From an uncultured delta proteobacterium (GTDB lineage Bacteria > Desulfobacterota > Binatia > Binatales > Binataceae): a DNA stretch of 64,000 bases. Every line of letters starts with the position of its first letter. The first letter of the stretch is position 1. Below are positions 29,210-38,398 of this stretch, piece after piece. The position numbers and the translations under genes were made by a program. Location of the stretch: contig CAVXXK010000001.1 of NCBI GenBank assembly GCA_963765675.1, positions 832,001 through 896,000 on the forward strand, read 5' to 3'. The notes beneath the pieces were generated by a model. It ran no database searches, was not told where the DNA came from, and worked only from the letters and a program-made list of their open reading frames with translations.

Positions 29210-30835
29210 GTGCCGAAACGTGAAGCTCCATCGTGGGATTTAGTCCTCAAGCGCAACTCCGTAGAGCGCTTGAAGCACGACATGTTTCCCACCGAGCTTG
29301 CCGACAATTGGCAACGCCTGGTCGATACCTCCTACGAAGCCCTGCCCGAGGAGGACATCGTCCGCCTGCAGTGGTTCGGGATGTATCACGACAAACCGAA
29401 GATCGGCACCTTCATGATGCGGGTGAAGATCCCGAGCGGGATTCTTTCGCCGAAGGGTCTGCGCACGATCGGCGAAATCTCCGAGCAGTACGGCCGCGAC
29501 CAGGGCGAACTGACGACGCGCCAGAATATCCAGCTTCATTACATCACGCTCGATAAATTTCCTGAGATTCTCGAGCAACTGAAATCCGCCGGGCTGACCA
29601 CGATGGGCGGATGCGGCGACGTGGTGCGAAATATCACCGGCTGCCCGGTTGCGGGCGTCGATCATGACGAGCTGTTCGACGTGACCGGCCTGGTCGCCGA
29701 GGCGGCGAATTTTTTCTACGGCAATCGCGATTATTCCGATCTGCCGCGCAAGCACAAAATCACGATCTCGGCGTGCCGCTACCAGTGCAACGCGCCGGAG
29801 ATCAACTGCGTCGCACTCGTGGCGACGCTCAAAGACGGACGCGAGGGTTTCGCGGTGCGCGTCGGCGGTGGACAATCGTCAACCCCGCGCCTGTCGCGTC
29901 ATCTGGGCGTGTTCATCACGCGCGAGCAGGCGATGCCGATGATGCGCGCGATTATCGACACCTGGCGCTCGACCACCGAGTACCGCATCTCGCGGGTCAA
30001 GGCGCGGCTCAAGTTCATGATCGACGATTACGGGCCTGAGGAATTCCGCAAACTGGTGCAGACGCGGCTCGATTTCCCGCTCGAGGATCTGGCTGAAATG
30101 CCGCTGGCCGAAGAAGAAAGCGATCACATGGGCGTCCACGATCAGAAAGAGGACGGCCGGTGCTACGCAGGCTTTCCGGTTTACTTGGGCACGATGACCG
30201 GCAAGCAGATGCGCGCGGTCGCGGATGTCGCGGAGGAGATCGGCGGCGATATCCGACTCACTCGGCGGCAGAATTTTATCCTGACTGGAATTCCGAAAGA
30301 TCGGCTCGAAGACATTGCCGACCGCGTCAGCGAGATCGGTTTTCCGCTCGATGCGAACGGACTGTATGCGTCGTCGATCGGATGTATCGGCGATCCGCAT
30401 TGCAACTACGCCGTCACACCGACCAAGACCAAGCTCGCGACGATTATCGAGCGCCTGGTCACCGACTTCGGCAACGACGTCGCGGGACTGAAGCTCAATC
30501 TCGACGGATGCCCTCATGCGTGCGCGCAGCACTGGACCGGAGATATAGGACTTCAGGGCACGACGGGGCGCGGACCCAACGGTGAGCCGCTCGAAGCGTT
30601 CGATATCATCCTGCGCGGAGGACTCGGACGCGACGCAGCCATCGGCAAGCCGCTCCTGCGACGAATTCCGTCGGCCAATGTCGAAGACTACGTGTCGCGC
30701 CTGTTCGCGGGCTACCTGGCGCGCCGCACCGACGGCGAATCCTTCACCCGTTTTTGCGTCCGCACCACCGACGCGGACCTGACCGCGATTGCACAGGGAA
30801 CCAATCAACCCGGCGCCGCCGAAGCCGCCGCCTGA
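29210..30835 (+). CDS. sir: ferredoxin-dependent sulfite reductase (siroheme)
   Basis: TTRQNIQ, DLPRKHK, CIGDPHCNYA, GCPHACAQH; followed by cysH. Confidence 0.88.
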   Translation: MPKREAPSWDLVLKRNSVERLKHDMFPTELADNWQRLVDTSYEALPEEDIVRLQWFGMYHDKPKIGTFMMRVKIPSGILSPKGLRTIGEISEQYGRDQGELTTRQNIQLHYITLDKFPEILEQLKSAGLTTMGGCGDVVRNITGCPVAGVDHDELFDVTGLVAEAANFFYGNRDYSDLPRKHKITISACRYQCNAPEINCVALVATLKDGREGFAVRVGGGQSSTPRLSRHLGVFITREQAMPMMRAIIDTWRSTTEYRISRVKARLKFMIDDYGPEEFRKLVQTRLDFPLEDLAEMPLAEEESDHMGVHDQKEDGRCYAGFPVYLGTMTGKQMRAVADVAEEIGGDIRLTRRQNFILTGIPKDRLEDIADRVSEIGFPLDANGLYASSIGCIGDPHCNYAVTPTKTKLATIIERLVTDFGNDVAGLKLNLDGCPHACAQHWTGDIGLQGTTGRGPNGEPLEAFDIILRGGLGRDAAIGKPLLRRIPSANVEDYVSRLFAGYLARRTDGESFTRFCVRTTDADLTAIAQGTNQPGAAEAAA

Positions 30836-30841
30836 ACCCAC

Positions 30842-31693
30842 ATGTCTCAACCAGAAGCGAGCACAGCCGTGGAACACGAAATCGAATTTCCCAAGCCGAC
30901 CATCGTGATGGACGAACTCGAGGCGGGCGAAGTCGCCGTCGATCTCGACGACCGCGAGCCGCAGGAAGTGCTCGCATGGACCATCGAGCGCTTCGGACGC
31001 GAAATCGCGATCTGCTCGAGCTTTCAGGCCGAAGGCTGCGTCCTGATCGACATGGCGCATCGCATCGATCCGGGGATCCGCGTGTTCACGATCGATACCG
31101 GCCGCACTCCGCAGGAAACCTACGACCTGATCGACAAAGTGCGCGAGCGCTACGGGATCAAGGTCGAGACCTTCATGCCCGACACCAGCGTCGCGCAGCA
31201 GATGGTCACGAAGCACGGCAACAATCTTTTTTATCGCGACGTAAATCTGCGCCTGCTCTGCTGCCAGGTGCGCAAGGTGCTGCCGCTGCGCAAAGCCTTG
31301 ATGAATTACAGCGGATGGATTACCGGACTGCGCCGCGACCAATGGGCCACGCGCTCGAATATCCGCAAGCTCGAAATCGATCATGACCACGGCGGGATCG
31401 TGAAAGTCGCGCCACTGGCCGATTGGACCGAAGAAGAGGTCTGGGACTATATCCGCGCCCACGACGTTCCCTACAACGCCCTCTACGACAAGGGCTTCAA
31501 GTCGATCGGATGCGCTCCGTGCACCCGCGCGGTCGGCGAGGGACAGGACCCGCGCGCCGGGCGCTGGTGGTGGGAAACGGGCGCGCCCAAGGAATGCGGG
31601 ATGCACTGCTCAATCGAGACCGGCGGCTTCGAGCATGAGCTCGCGGCCCTGCTGGGTCATCGCGAGATGACCGGCGACGGCGACGGAGTCTGA
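30842..31693 (+). CDS. cysH: APS reductase (Fe-S type CysH)
   Basis: IDTG, CC motif LLCCQVRK, SIGCAPCT, GRWWWE, KECGMH. Confidence 0.93.
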   Translation: MSQPEASTAVEHEIEFPKPTIVMDELEAGEVAVDLDDREPQEVLAWTIERFGREIAICSSFQAEGCVLIDMAHRIDPGIRVFTIDTGRTPQETYDLIDKVRERYGIKVETFMPDTSVAQQMVTKHGNNLFYRDVNLRLLCCQVRKVLPLRKALMNYSGWITGLRRDQWATRSNIRKLEIDHDHGGIVKVAPLADWTEEEVWDYIRAHDVPYNALYDKGFKSIGCAPCTRAVGEGQDPRAGRWWWETGAPKECGMHCSIETGGFEHELAALLGHREMTGDGDGV

Positions 31694-32193
31694 TGACGCC
31701 AGGCGACGACGCGCCGTCTTGCGGCGGCGAACCGCTTGCGCTCGACGCGCTGCAGCGCGACATCCTGCTCCCGCAAATCCAGGCATTTATCGACGCCACG
31801 GCAGATCCCAGCGCGCGCGAGGTCTATGTCACACTCAAAGCCGCGGTCGAGGCGATGGAGATCGCGCCGGCCGATTTGCAGGCGCGTCTCGGCGCGATCG
31901 TCGAGGTAGCGCTCCAGAGCGGGCGCATAAGAAGGCTGTTCGGTCCGGGCGCCGAGCTATCGCTAAATGCGCTCTTCCAAAAAACTCCGCGCGGCCGTGA
32001 AATCGCAACCTCGCTTCGGGAGCTCAATCGCGCGCTGGCAAAGCTAAAGGGCGACACGGTCGAAGAACTAACCGCCGCGCTGCGCGCGCCAGGCGCATAC
32101 GCCCTGACGCTGAAAACGACCGGCTGCCAACTGATAATCCGCTTCGAGCCATCCGGCGTCCGCGTAGAATCGGTAGAACTGGCGCTGGACTAA
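31693..32193 (+). CDS. hypothetical protein coupled to cysH
   Basis: TGATG overlap with cysH; host-like codon usage; no recognised motif. Confidence 0.65.
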   Translation: MTPGDDAPSCGGEPLALDALQRDILLPQIQAFIDATADPSAREVYVTLKAAVEAMEIAPADLQARLGAIVEVALQSGRIRRLFGPGAELSLNALFQKTPRGREIATSLRELNRALAKLKGDTVEELTAALRAPGAYALTLKTTGCQLIIRFEPSGVRVESVELALD

Positions 32194-32272
32194 TCCTGCC
32201 TTCTGGATTGCGGTGTACCCGTGCAGTTTGCCCGGATTCCGCGTTATGTCAATCTTTGATATACAGGAGTCA

Positions 32273-32524
32273 ATGGCTACCAACGTTCACCTCACAGAGG
32301 AACTCGAGCGCTTTGCACGTAAGTGCGTGAAGAGCGGCCGCTACAATAGTGTGAGCGAGGTGGTTCGTTCAGGACTCCGATTGTTGCAAGAGGCAGACGA
32401 TCGCCGCCGCCAGTTTCAAGCGATGCTGCGGGAGACCGAGTCGGAAGCCGAGCGTGATGGAACGTTCACTGTCGAAAGCGCTCTCGCCGAGGCTGACCGA
32501 ATCATCAATGAAACACGCAGATGA
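32273..32524 (+). CDS. type II antitoxin, ParD family (RHH)
   Basis: VKSGRYNSVSEVVRSGLRLL signature; AGGAG RBS. Confidence 0.9.
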   Translation: MATNVHLTEELERFARKCVKSGRYNSVSEVVRSGLRLLQEADDRRRQFQAMLRETESEAERDGTFTVESALAEADRIINETRR

Positions 32525-32829
32525 GCGCGGCAATCGCTGCGGCGCTTTCGCCTCGCGCCCGGCGCGATTTGCTGGCCGCCGTACGCTGGATTGCTCGGGA
32601 CAATCCAGCCGCTGCCCGCGCGCTTCGCAACTCTGTTGCCACGGCGGCCAAACGCATTGCGCGTCACGTCCAGATTGGCAGCATACGCCTCGATTGGGCG
32701 GACGATCATTATCGGTTTCTGAGCCTGACTGGCTTCCCTTACGTGATCATCTACAATGCCGATCGCAACCCGCCCTTGATCGTTCGTATTCTCCATGGAG
32801 CGCGGGACCTACCGGAAGAGCTGAAATAG
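32521..32829 (+). CDS. type II toxin, RelE/ParE family
   Basis: LSPRARRDL, IARDNPAAA, IVRILHGARDL; ATGA overlap with the antitoxin. Confidence 0.9.
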   Translation: MSAAIAAALSPRARRDLLAAVRWIARDNPAAARALRNSVATAAKRIARHVQIGSIRLDWADDHYRFLSLTGFPYVIIYNADRNPPLIVRILHGARDLPEELK

Positions 32830-32953
32830 CGTCAGCAAAGACACCGCGTTGACGCGCACCGTCGCGGGATTCCTGATCGAACCGCGAGACATCGCGTGGT
32901 AGAGTTTTTCTTCGTGGCCGCGTGATACTCATCTATCCGCGACTATCTCGCTG

Positions 32954-35167
32954 ATGGACCCAAAGAACTGCCACTCAAGGTTTTTGCCGATGCCGCGAGT
33001 GTGCGCGCTAATCGCCATGATCAGCGCGGCGCTCGCGCTCGTGATCATTCCGGCGCGCTCGATTCGTGCCGCGTCGCCGACTCCGGTGGTTAGCTCGTCT
33101 TCCGCCCAGGGCAAGGCCACCACGCGAGCGCAGGCCTCCGCGATGCCGAACGCGCAGCCTTCCGTCGCGAACGCGCTCAAGGCAGTGACCGCGCCCGCAT
33201 CGCAATCCGCGATGCCCTCGGCGGCGGCGACGCCCGCGCCGGCAGACGCCACCGCGATCATCGCCTACCTAAGCGACGTCATAAGCTGGTATCGGCATCT
33301 CACCGTGGAAGCGCAGCTTATTCGCGAGCCAGAAGAGACCCTTTTCTATTCCAACGACGTCCAGACCGCCAATCAGGTCATCTCACTCGCATTCGTCTAT
33401 GCGCGCGCGCAAGTCGCGTACAACGCGAAAGTCGAGCCCGAAGCGCCGCAACCCGCCGCGCATGCGGGGTCGTTGGGCTTGAGTGATCTGCGGCAGAAAT
33501 CCGCGCAGGCCACCGCGGCCGTGGCGGCGGCACAGAAGCGCTTGAAGGATTTGCAGGCTGGCCTGGCCAAGGCTTCCGCGAGCAATCGCGCGACACTGAA
33601 CTCGCAGATCGCCGCGGTGCAGAGTGAGGTCGAGCTCGCACAGGCGCGCGCCGACGCGCTCTCCGCGATGGCCGAGTTTGTCGCGGGCAGCTCTAAGTCG
33701 GCGGGCGACGGGACCGGGCTGGCGGCGCAAATCGACGAGCTCGAACAGTCCGTTCCGCAGGTGAATGCCGCCGCCAACAAAGTCGTCCCGCAGACCGCAG
33801 AGCAGCCAGGGATAGGCGGAATAATCGGCATGACCTCGAATCTGCTCGACCTGCAGAATCAATCCCAATCCCTCGAGGCGACTGCCGCGCTCACCACCCA
33901 GCTACTGCAGCGGGTCAATGCGATGCGCGCGCCGCTGATCGCAGTGCTCCAGAACCTGGACAGGCGCGGCGTGGACCTTGCCAATCTGGCCAAGACCGGC
34001 AATCTGAACGATTTCCGCGAGCGCAGCACCAGCTACCAGAGACTGATCGACGCCCACAAACAGATTACCGCCACTCTTGTTCCGCTCAGCAAGCAGCAGG
34101 TGTTGCTGGCACTCTACGGCGATAACCTCTCGCGATGGCGCGCGTCAGTCGATCGGCGCGCGAGCCAGGAACTGCGTAGCCTCGTCGTCCGCCTGGTCGG
34201 ATTGCTCGCGATCCTCGGGCTGATCCTGGGCGGCGCATATCTGTGGCGCTACTTCACGGTGCGGTTCGTCGCCGATCCGCGCCGTCGTCATCAGCTTCTC
34301 GCCGCACGACGGCTGGTGATGTGGGTTCTGATTGTTTTCGTAATCCTGCTGAACTTCGCCAACCAGATAAGCTCGTTCGCCACTATCATGGGCTTCGCCG
34401 CGGCGGGTATCGCGGTCGCGCTGCAGAACGTGATCCTCTCGGTCGCTGGATATTTCTTTTTGATCGGACGCTTTGGAATCCGCGCCGGCGACCGGGTGCA
34501 GATAGGCACCGTGACCGGCGACGTGATCAGTATCGGCCTGGTCAAGCTCACCCTGATGGAGTTGGCCGGCTCCGACCGCCAGCCGACCGGCCGCGTGGTG
34601 GTCTATTCCAACGCGATCGTATTTCAACCCAGCGGCAATTTCTTCAAACAGGCTCCAGGAATGAGTTTCGTGTGGAACGAGGTGCGCCTGACCCTCGCAC
34701 CGGACTGCGACTATCGGCTCGCGGAAAAGCGCCTGATGGACGCGGTGGATGAGGTCTTCGCACGCTACCGTGACAAAGTGCAGGGCGACTTCCGCCATCT
34801 CGAATCCGATCTGCACGTCCTGCTCGATATTCCGCGTCCGAGCTCGCGGATGACGCTCACTTCCAACGGCCTCGAGATAATCATCCGCTATCCCGCCGGC
34901 GTGCGCACTTCATCGCAGGTGGCGGACGAGGTCACGCGTCGCGTGCTCGACGCGATTCGCCGCGAGCCGGCGCTAAAACTGGTCGCACCCGGAATTCCGA
35001 ATATCCAGCCGATCGAGGTTTCCGATCATGACGAGGCGGTTATCCCGAACGCGGGCGACAACGGCGACACCGCAGTAAAGACTATCGCGGCCGCCGCCGA
35101 ACGTCCCGATGACGTCGACGCCGCGCGCGCTGCTGCTGCGGCGAAAGCGCCGGGCGCGAAAAGCTAA
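32954..35167 (+). CDS. MscS-family mechanosensitive channel with long periplasmic coiled-coil domain
   Basis: GFAAAGIAVALQNVILS, IRAGDRVQIG, TGDVISIGL. Confidence 0.85.
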   Translation: MDPKNCHSRFLPMPRVCALIAMISAALALVIIPARSIRAASPTPVVSSSSAQGKATTRAQASAMPNAQPSVANALKAVTAPASQSAMPSAAATPAPADATAIIAYLSDVISWYRHLTVEAQLIREPEETLFYSNDVQTANQVISLAFVYARAQVAYNAKVEPEAPQPAAHAGSLGLSDLRQKSAQATAAVAAAQKRLKDLQAGLAKASASNRATLNSQIAAVQSEVELAQARADALSAMAEFVAGSSKSAGDGTGLAAQIDELEQSVPQVNAAANKVVPQTAEQPGIGGIIGMTSNLLDLQNQSQSLEATAALTTQLLQRVNAMRAPLIAVLQNLDRRGVDLANLAKTGNLNDFRERSTSYQRLIDAHKQITATLVPLSKQQVLLALYGDNLSRWRASVDRRASQELRSLVVRLVGLLAILGLILGGAYLWRYFTVRFVADPRRRHQLLAARRLVMWVLIVFVILLNFANQISSFATIMGFAAAGIAVALQNVILSVAGYFFLIGRFGIRAGDRVQIGTVTGDVISIGLVKLTLMELAGSDRQPTGRVVVYSNAIVFQPSGNFFKQAPGMSFVWNEVRLTLAPDCDYRLAEKRLMDAVDEVFARYRDKVQGDFRHLESDLHVLLDIPRPSSRMTLTSNGLEIIIRYPAGVRTSSQVADEVTRRVLDAIRREPALKLVAPGIPNIQPIEVSDHDEAVIPNAGDNGDTAVKTIAAAAERPDDVDAARAAAAAKAPGAKS

Positions 35168-35173
35168 GCGGAC

Positions 35174-35545
35174 CTAATGCGCCGCGGTCTGGTTGAAGAC
35201 GTTATCGACGATATCGGCCAGCTCGGGAATTCGATATCGCTCGCCGCTGTACGCCTTGTAGATCAGGAACAGCCAGAAAATCGCCAACACGATGTTGACC
35301 AGATCGAGGATCACTCCCAGGAGCGCGCCCAGCGCATGCGGTAGCACCGCGATAAATACGCCAAACACAATCTCGACCGCGAACCACAGCACCGAGAATC
35401 CTATGGATTGGCGCGCATGGAACCTCACGTAGTCGTCCTGGCTGTAGGGTTCCAGGTACAAGAAGATGATTCCGGTCACGAAGAAGCCCAGATAGGTCAC
35501 CGCCGCAATTACGTTGTTCGGTTGTCGGGATGCTTCCCCACTCAT
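35174..35545 (-). CDS. DUF4870-like membrane protein
   Basis: YVRFHARQS and KAYSGERYRIP; three TM segments. Confidence 0.8.
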   Translation of the reverse strand: MSGEASRQPNNVIAAVTYLGFFVTGIIFLYLEPYSQDDYVRFHARQSIGFSVLWFAVEIVFGVFIAVLPHALGALLGVILDLVNIVLAIFWLFLIYKAYSGERYRIPELADIVDNVFNQTAAH

Positions 35546-35728
35546 CGCCAATCCTCCTTGCAAACTCAGCGAACTCACCGCTCCCGAGGAATCTTCGCCA
35601 TAGTCTGTTGAGACGAATATGTGTACTCAAAGCATCGCATGCAACGCAATCGCGCGATGCAGCCCCTTGATGGCAGCGCGCCCCGGTGCCATGAATTGGA
35701 ACATCTCCACGAGGAGGACCATTGTGCG

Positions 35729-35908
35729 ATGGCGATAGAAGTCACCTATGACCGCAAGATCTGCATCCATTCGGGAAACTGCGTGAAGACTCTGCCGCAG
35801 GTGTTCAAAGTCGAAAACGGAAAATTCGTAATCGACACCTCCGCTGCCGAAGAATCAAAGGTGCGGGCAACCGTGGCCGCCTGCCCCTCCCACGCGCTCA
35901 AGATCTGA
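35729..35908 (+). CDS. divergent 4Fe-4S ferredoxin (YjdI-like)
   Basis: CIHSGNCVKTLPQVF...CPSHAL; GGAGGA RBS. Confidence 0.85.
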   Translation: MAIEVTYDRKICIHSGNCVKTLPQVFKVENGKFVIDTSAAEESKVRATVAACPSHALKI

Positions 35909-35933
35909 CTCCTTCTCCATTACCTCTCCCTCC

Positions 35934-36203
35934 CGGAGAGCTTTGCATAACCTGCCGGAAGAGTGTGCCGGTGCGGAGGGCGAGATTCTTCGCGGTTGCT
36001 GCCATTCGACGGGACGCGCACCTCACCATCTGCATCGCTTGTACGCGCTCGGAATGACAATTCCTCCTGGCTTTGTGTCATTCCGAGCCGCCGAGACAGT
36101 GCACCTCGTTCCATCCACATCACGTTGAACGGCAAGAGTTGCGAGGAATCTCGCCCTCCCCACCGGCACACTTTGCCGAAGAATTACGAAAAGGTCTCCT
36201 CCG
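35934..36203. repeat. ~270-bp imperfect palindrome (REP/MITE-like)
   Basis: Arms GTGTGCCGGTGCGGAGGGCGAGATTCTTCGC / GCGAGGAATCTCGCCCTCCCCACCGGCACAC, inner CTCGGAATGACA / TGTCATTCCGAG; between convergent genes. Confidence 0.8.
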
Positions 36204-36249
36204 AAAGAGTGCGACGGGGCGCGCAGGCGAGGGGGCTGCTCTGCGGCCG

Positions 36250-36702
36250 CTACTTTCTGTGCTTGCCCATCGAGTCTTCGAACCGCGTGAGCGTTGCGTC
36301 TGTATGACGGCCGGTCGCGACCGCTTCGAGCTGGGTGCGGATGCGATTTGCCAGTTGATGCCGAAATACCGGCTTCGCCAGGAAGTCGCTGACACCCAGA
36401 CGGATTCCTTCCGCGCGCGCGTCCAGATCGTCGCGGGCGGTGATCATGATGATTGGAATTTCGGCGGTGTCCGGATTGTTCTTGAGCGCCTTGCACACCT
36501 GAAAACCGTCCATTCCCGGCATCATCAGGTCGAGCAGGATCAAATCGACGTCTTTCTCGAGTACTATTTTGAGGCATTCCGGACCCGAACTGGCCTCGAG
36601 CGGCACAAATCCCTCGCGCTCCAGATGACGCGCCAGAATTGTGACAGTGTCCGGATCGTCGTCGACCACGAGAATTTGGGGCAACTGATTCGATTCGTCC
36701 AT
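36250..36702 (-). CDS. stand-alone response regulator receiver protein
   Basis: ILVVDDD, LLDLMMPGMDG, ITA, FLAKP. Confidence 0.9.
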   Translation of the reverse strand: MDESNQLPQILVVDDDPDTVTILARHLEREGFVPLEASSGPECLKIVLEKDVDLILLDLMMPGMDGFQVCKALKNNPDTAEIPIIMITARDDLDARAEGIRLGVSDFLAKPVFRHQLANRIRTQLEAVATGRHTDATLTRFEDSMGKHRK

Positions 36703-36718
36703 TTTCGTCTTAGGACCT

Positions 36719-37756
36719 TCAAGCTTCTTCGCTTTCGTCCGAAGAGGCTTGCGCTATCACGCCGCAACGCCGCAGCTTGGCCGCAAAAGTTGTGCGCTTG
36801 AGGCCCAGCAGCTTCGCGGCCGCCTGCTTGTTCCCGCCGGTCTGCTTCAGCGCCTCATTGATCAATCTACCTTCCAATTCCCGTACCAGAGCCGGAAGAT
36901 TGACGCCTCCGTTGGCCAATGATTCCGGTATCGCGGGCAATTCCGGACGCGGCTTCGAGAGCATCGCCGGCGGCAGAATACCGATGTCGATCACCGGACC
37001 GTCGCACAGGATCGCCAGCCGCTCGACCAGGTTTTCGAGTTCGCGCACATTGCCGGGCCAGTCATAGGACCATAGATGAACCATCGCCTCGCGGCTGACG
37101 GTCAACTGGCGGCCGGGAGCGCGCGAGCGGATGCGTTCGAGGAAGTGTTCGATCAAAAGCGGGATATCGGCGCGGCGCTCGCGCAGCGGAGCAATAACTA
37201 TCGGGACCACCTGGAGCCGGTAGAAAAGATCTTCGCGAAACGCGCCGCGTTTGACCGCGCCCGCCAGGTCGCTGTTGCTGGCGGCGATCAGGCGCGCGTC
37301 GATTCGGATCCCGCGGTCGGAGCCGACCGGCCGCACGATTCCGTCTTCGAGCACGCGCAAGAGCTTGGCCTGCAGTGCAAGCGGCATCTCGCCAATTTCG
37401 TCGAGGAAAATCGTGCCGCCGTCGGCGCTACTGAACAATCCATGGCGCGAGCCTGCCGCGCCGGTGAAGGCGCCGCGCTCATGCCCGAACATCTCGGACT
37501 CGAGCAGATCGTGCGGAATCGCCGCACAGTTTACCGGAACAAAAGCCCGCGCGCGGCGCGGCGCACGCGCATGAATCGCCTGCGCTACTACTTCTTTGCC
37601 GGTGCCGCTCTCGCCTGTAATCAGCACCGTCGCGTCGGTCGGTGCCACACGCTCGACCAGCGCGCGCAGCTTTACGATCGTCGGATGCGATCCGATCAGA
37701 ACCTGCTCGAGCGCGGGCGTCTGGCCCTGCTCGGCAATGTTGGCGCGTGAAGCCAC
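36719..37756 (-). CDS. sigma54 enhancer-binding protein lacking an N-terminal sensory domain (FleQ-like HTH)
   Basis: AAA+ domain starts ~20 aa in; GESGTGKE, GAFTGA, FLDEIG, WPGNVREL, LLGLKRTT. Confidence 0.88.
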   Translation of the reverse strand: MASRANIAEQGQTPALEQVLIGSHPTIVKLRALVERVAPTDATVLITGESGTGKEVVAQAIHARAPRRARAFVPVNCAAIPHDLLESEMFGHERGAFTGAAGSRHGLFSSADGGTIFLDEIGEMPLALQAKLLRVLEDGIVRPVGSDRGIRIDARLIAASNSDLAGAVKRGAFREDLFYRLQVVPIVIAPLRERRADIPLLIEHFLERIRSRAPGRQLTVSREAMVHLWSYDWPGNVRELENLVERLAILCDGPVIDIGILPPAMLSKPRPELPAIPESLANGGVNLPALVRELEGRLINEALKQTGGNKQAAAKLLGLKRTTFAAKLRRCGVIAQASSDESEEA

Positions 37757-37815
37757 CCCTTTTCCTTCTGACGGCCCTGCTCGCGCCGGTCACCATCATT
37801 CAGGAATAAATTGTG

Positions 37816-38388
37816 TCACGCCCGTCGCATAGTTGACAAGCAGTTAACAAATCGATGCGAAGAAAAGCGCGCGGCGGCGCGCCTAATCACGGCTGGTGCG
37901 ATTTTCTGACGATAGATCGCGGCCTGACCCGGCCCTTCCGCAACCGAAATTTCAAGAGTGGTAGCGTCGGAAAGCGCACCGCGAGCAGCGAGCGCATCAT
38001 GAAGTTCATTCCAGATATAGCGCGCAAGCTCCTCGGCCGAGCTATGCACGATCGGCGCAAGGAAGACGTCGGCAGCGGGAAAAATAAATTCGTCGCGCTC
38101 GTAGATCACGCGAATCTTTGCACCGGGCAAGTGATCGATCTTTAGACAATCGCTCTTTTCCGGGATGATCGTGTGCTCGTCGAGACGGTCGAGAATTTCC
38201 TTGGTGAGCTTTTTTATCAGACCGAAATCGATCACGTAGCCGGTCGCCAAAAGCGGCCCCTCGACGCGCACTCCGACCTGGTAGTTATGTCCGTGCAGCG
38301 GCTCGCGAAACCCCGGATAGGCGATAAAATGCGCGGACGAGAACTTGAGCCTCTCCTTCGCCACGTGAATCGAGAACTCGCTCGCCAT
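37816..38388 (-). CDS. 6-pyruvoyl-tetrahydropterin synthase/QueD superfamily protein, PTPS-III-type motif
   Basis: FSSAHF, REPLHGHNY (Glu, no Cys), IDFG, SSAEELA. Confidence 0.85.
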   Translation of the reverse strand: MASEFSIHVAKERLKFSSAHFIAYPGFREPLHGHNYQVGVRVEGPLLATGYVIDFGLIKKLTKEILDRLDEHTIIPEKSDCLKIDHLPGAKIRVIYERDEFIFPAADVFLAPIVHSSAEELARYIWNELHDALAARGALSDATTLEISVAEGPGQAAIYRQKIAPAVIRRAAARFSSHRFVNCLSTMRRA

Positions 38389-38398
38389 GTTTCGACTC

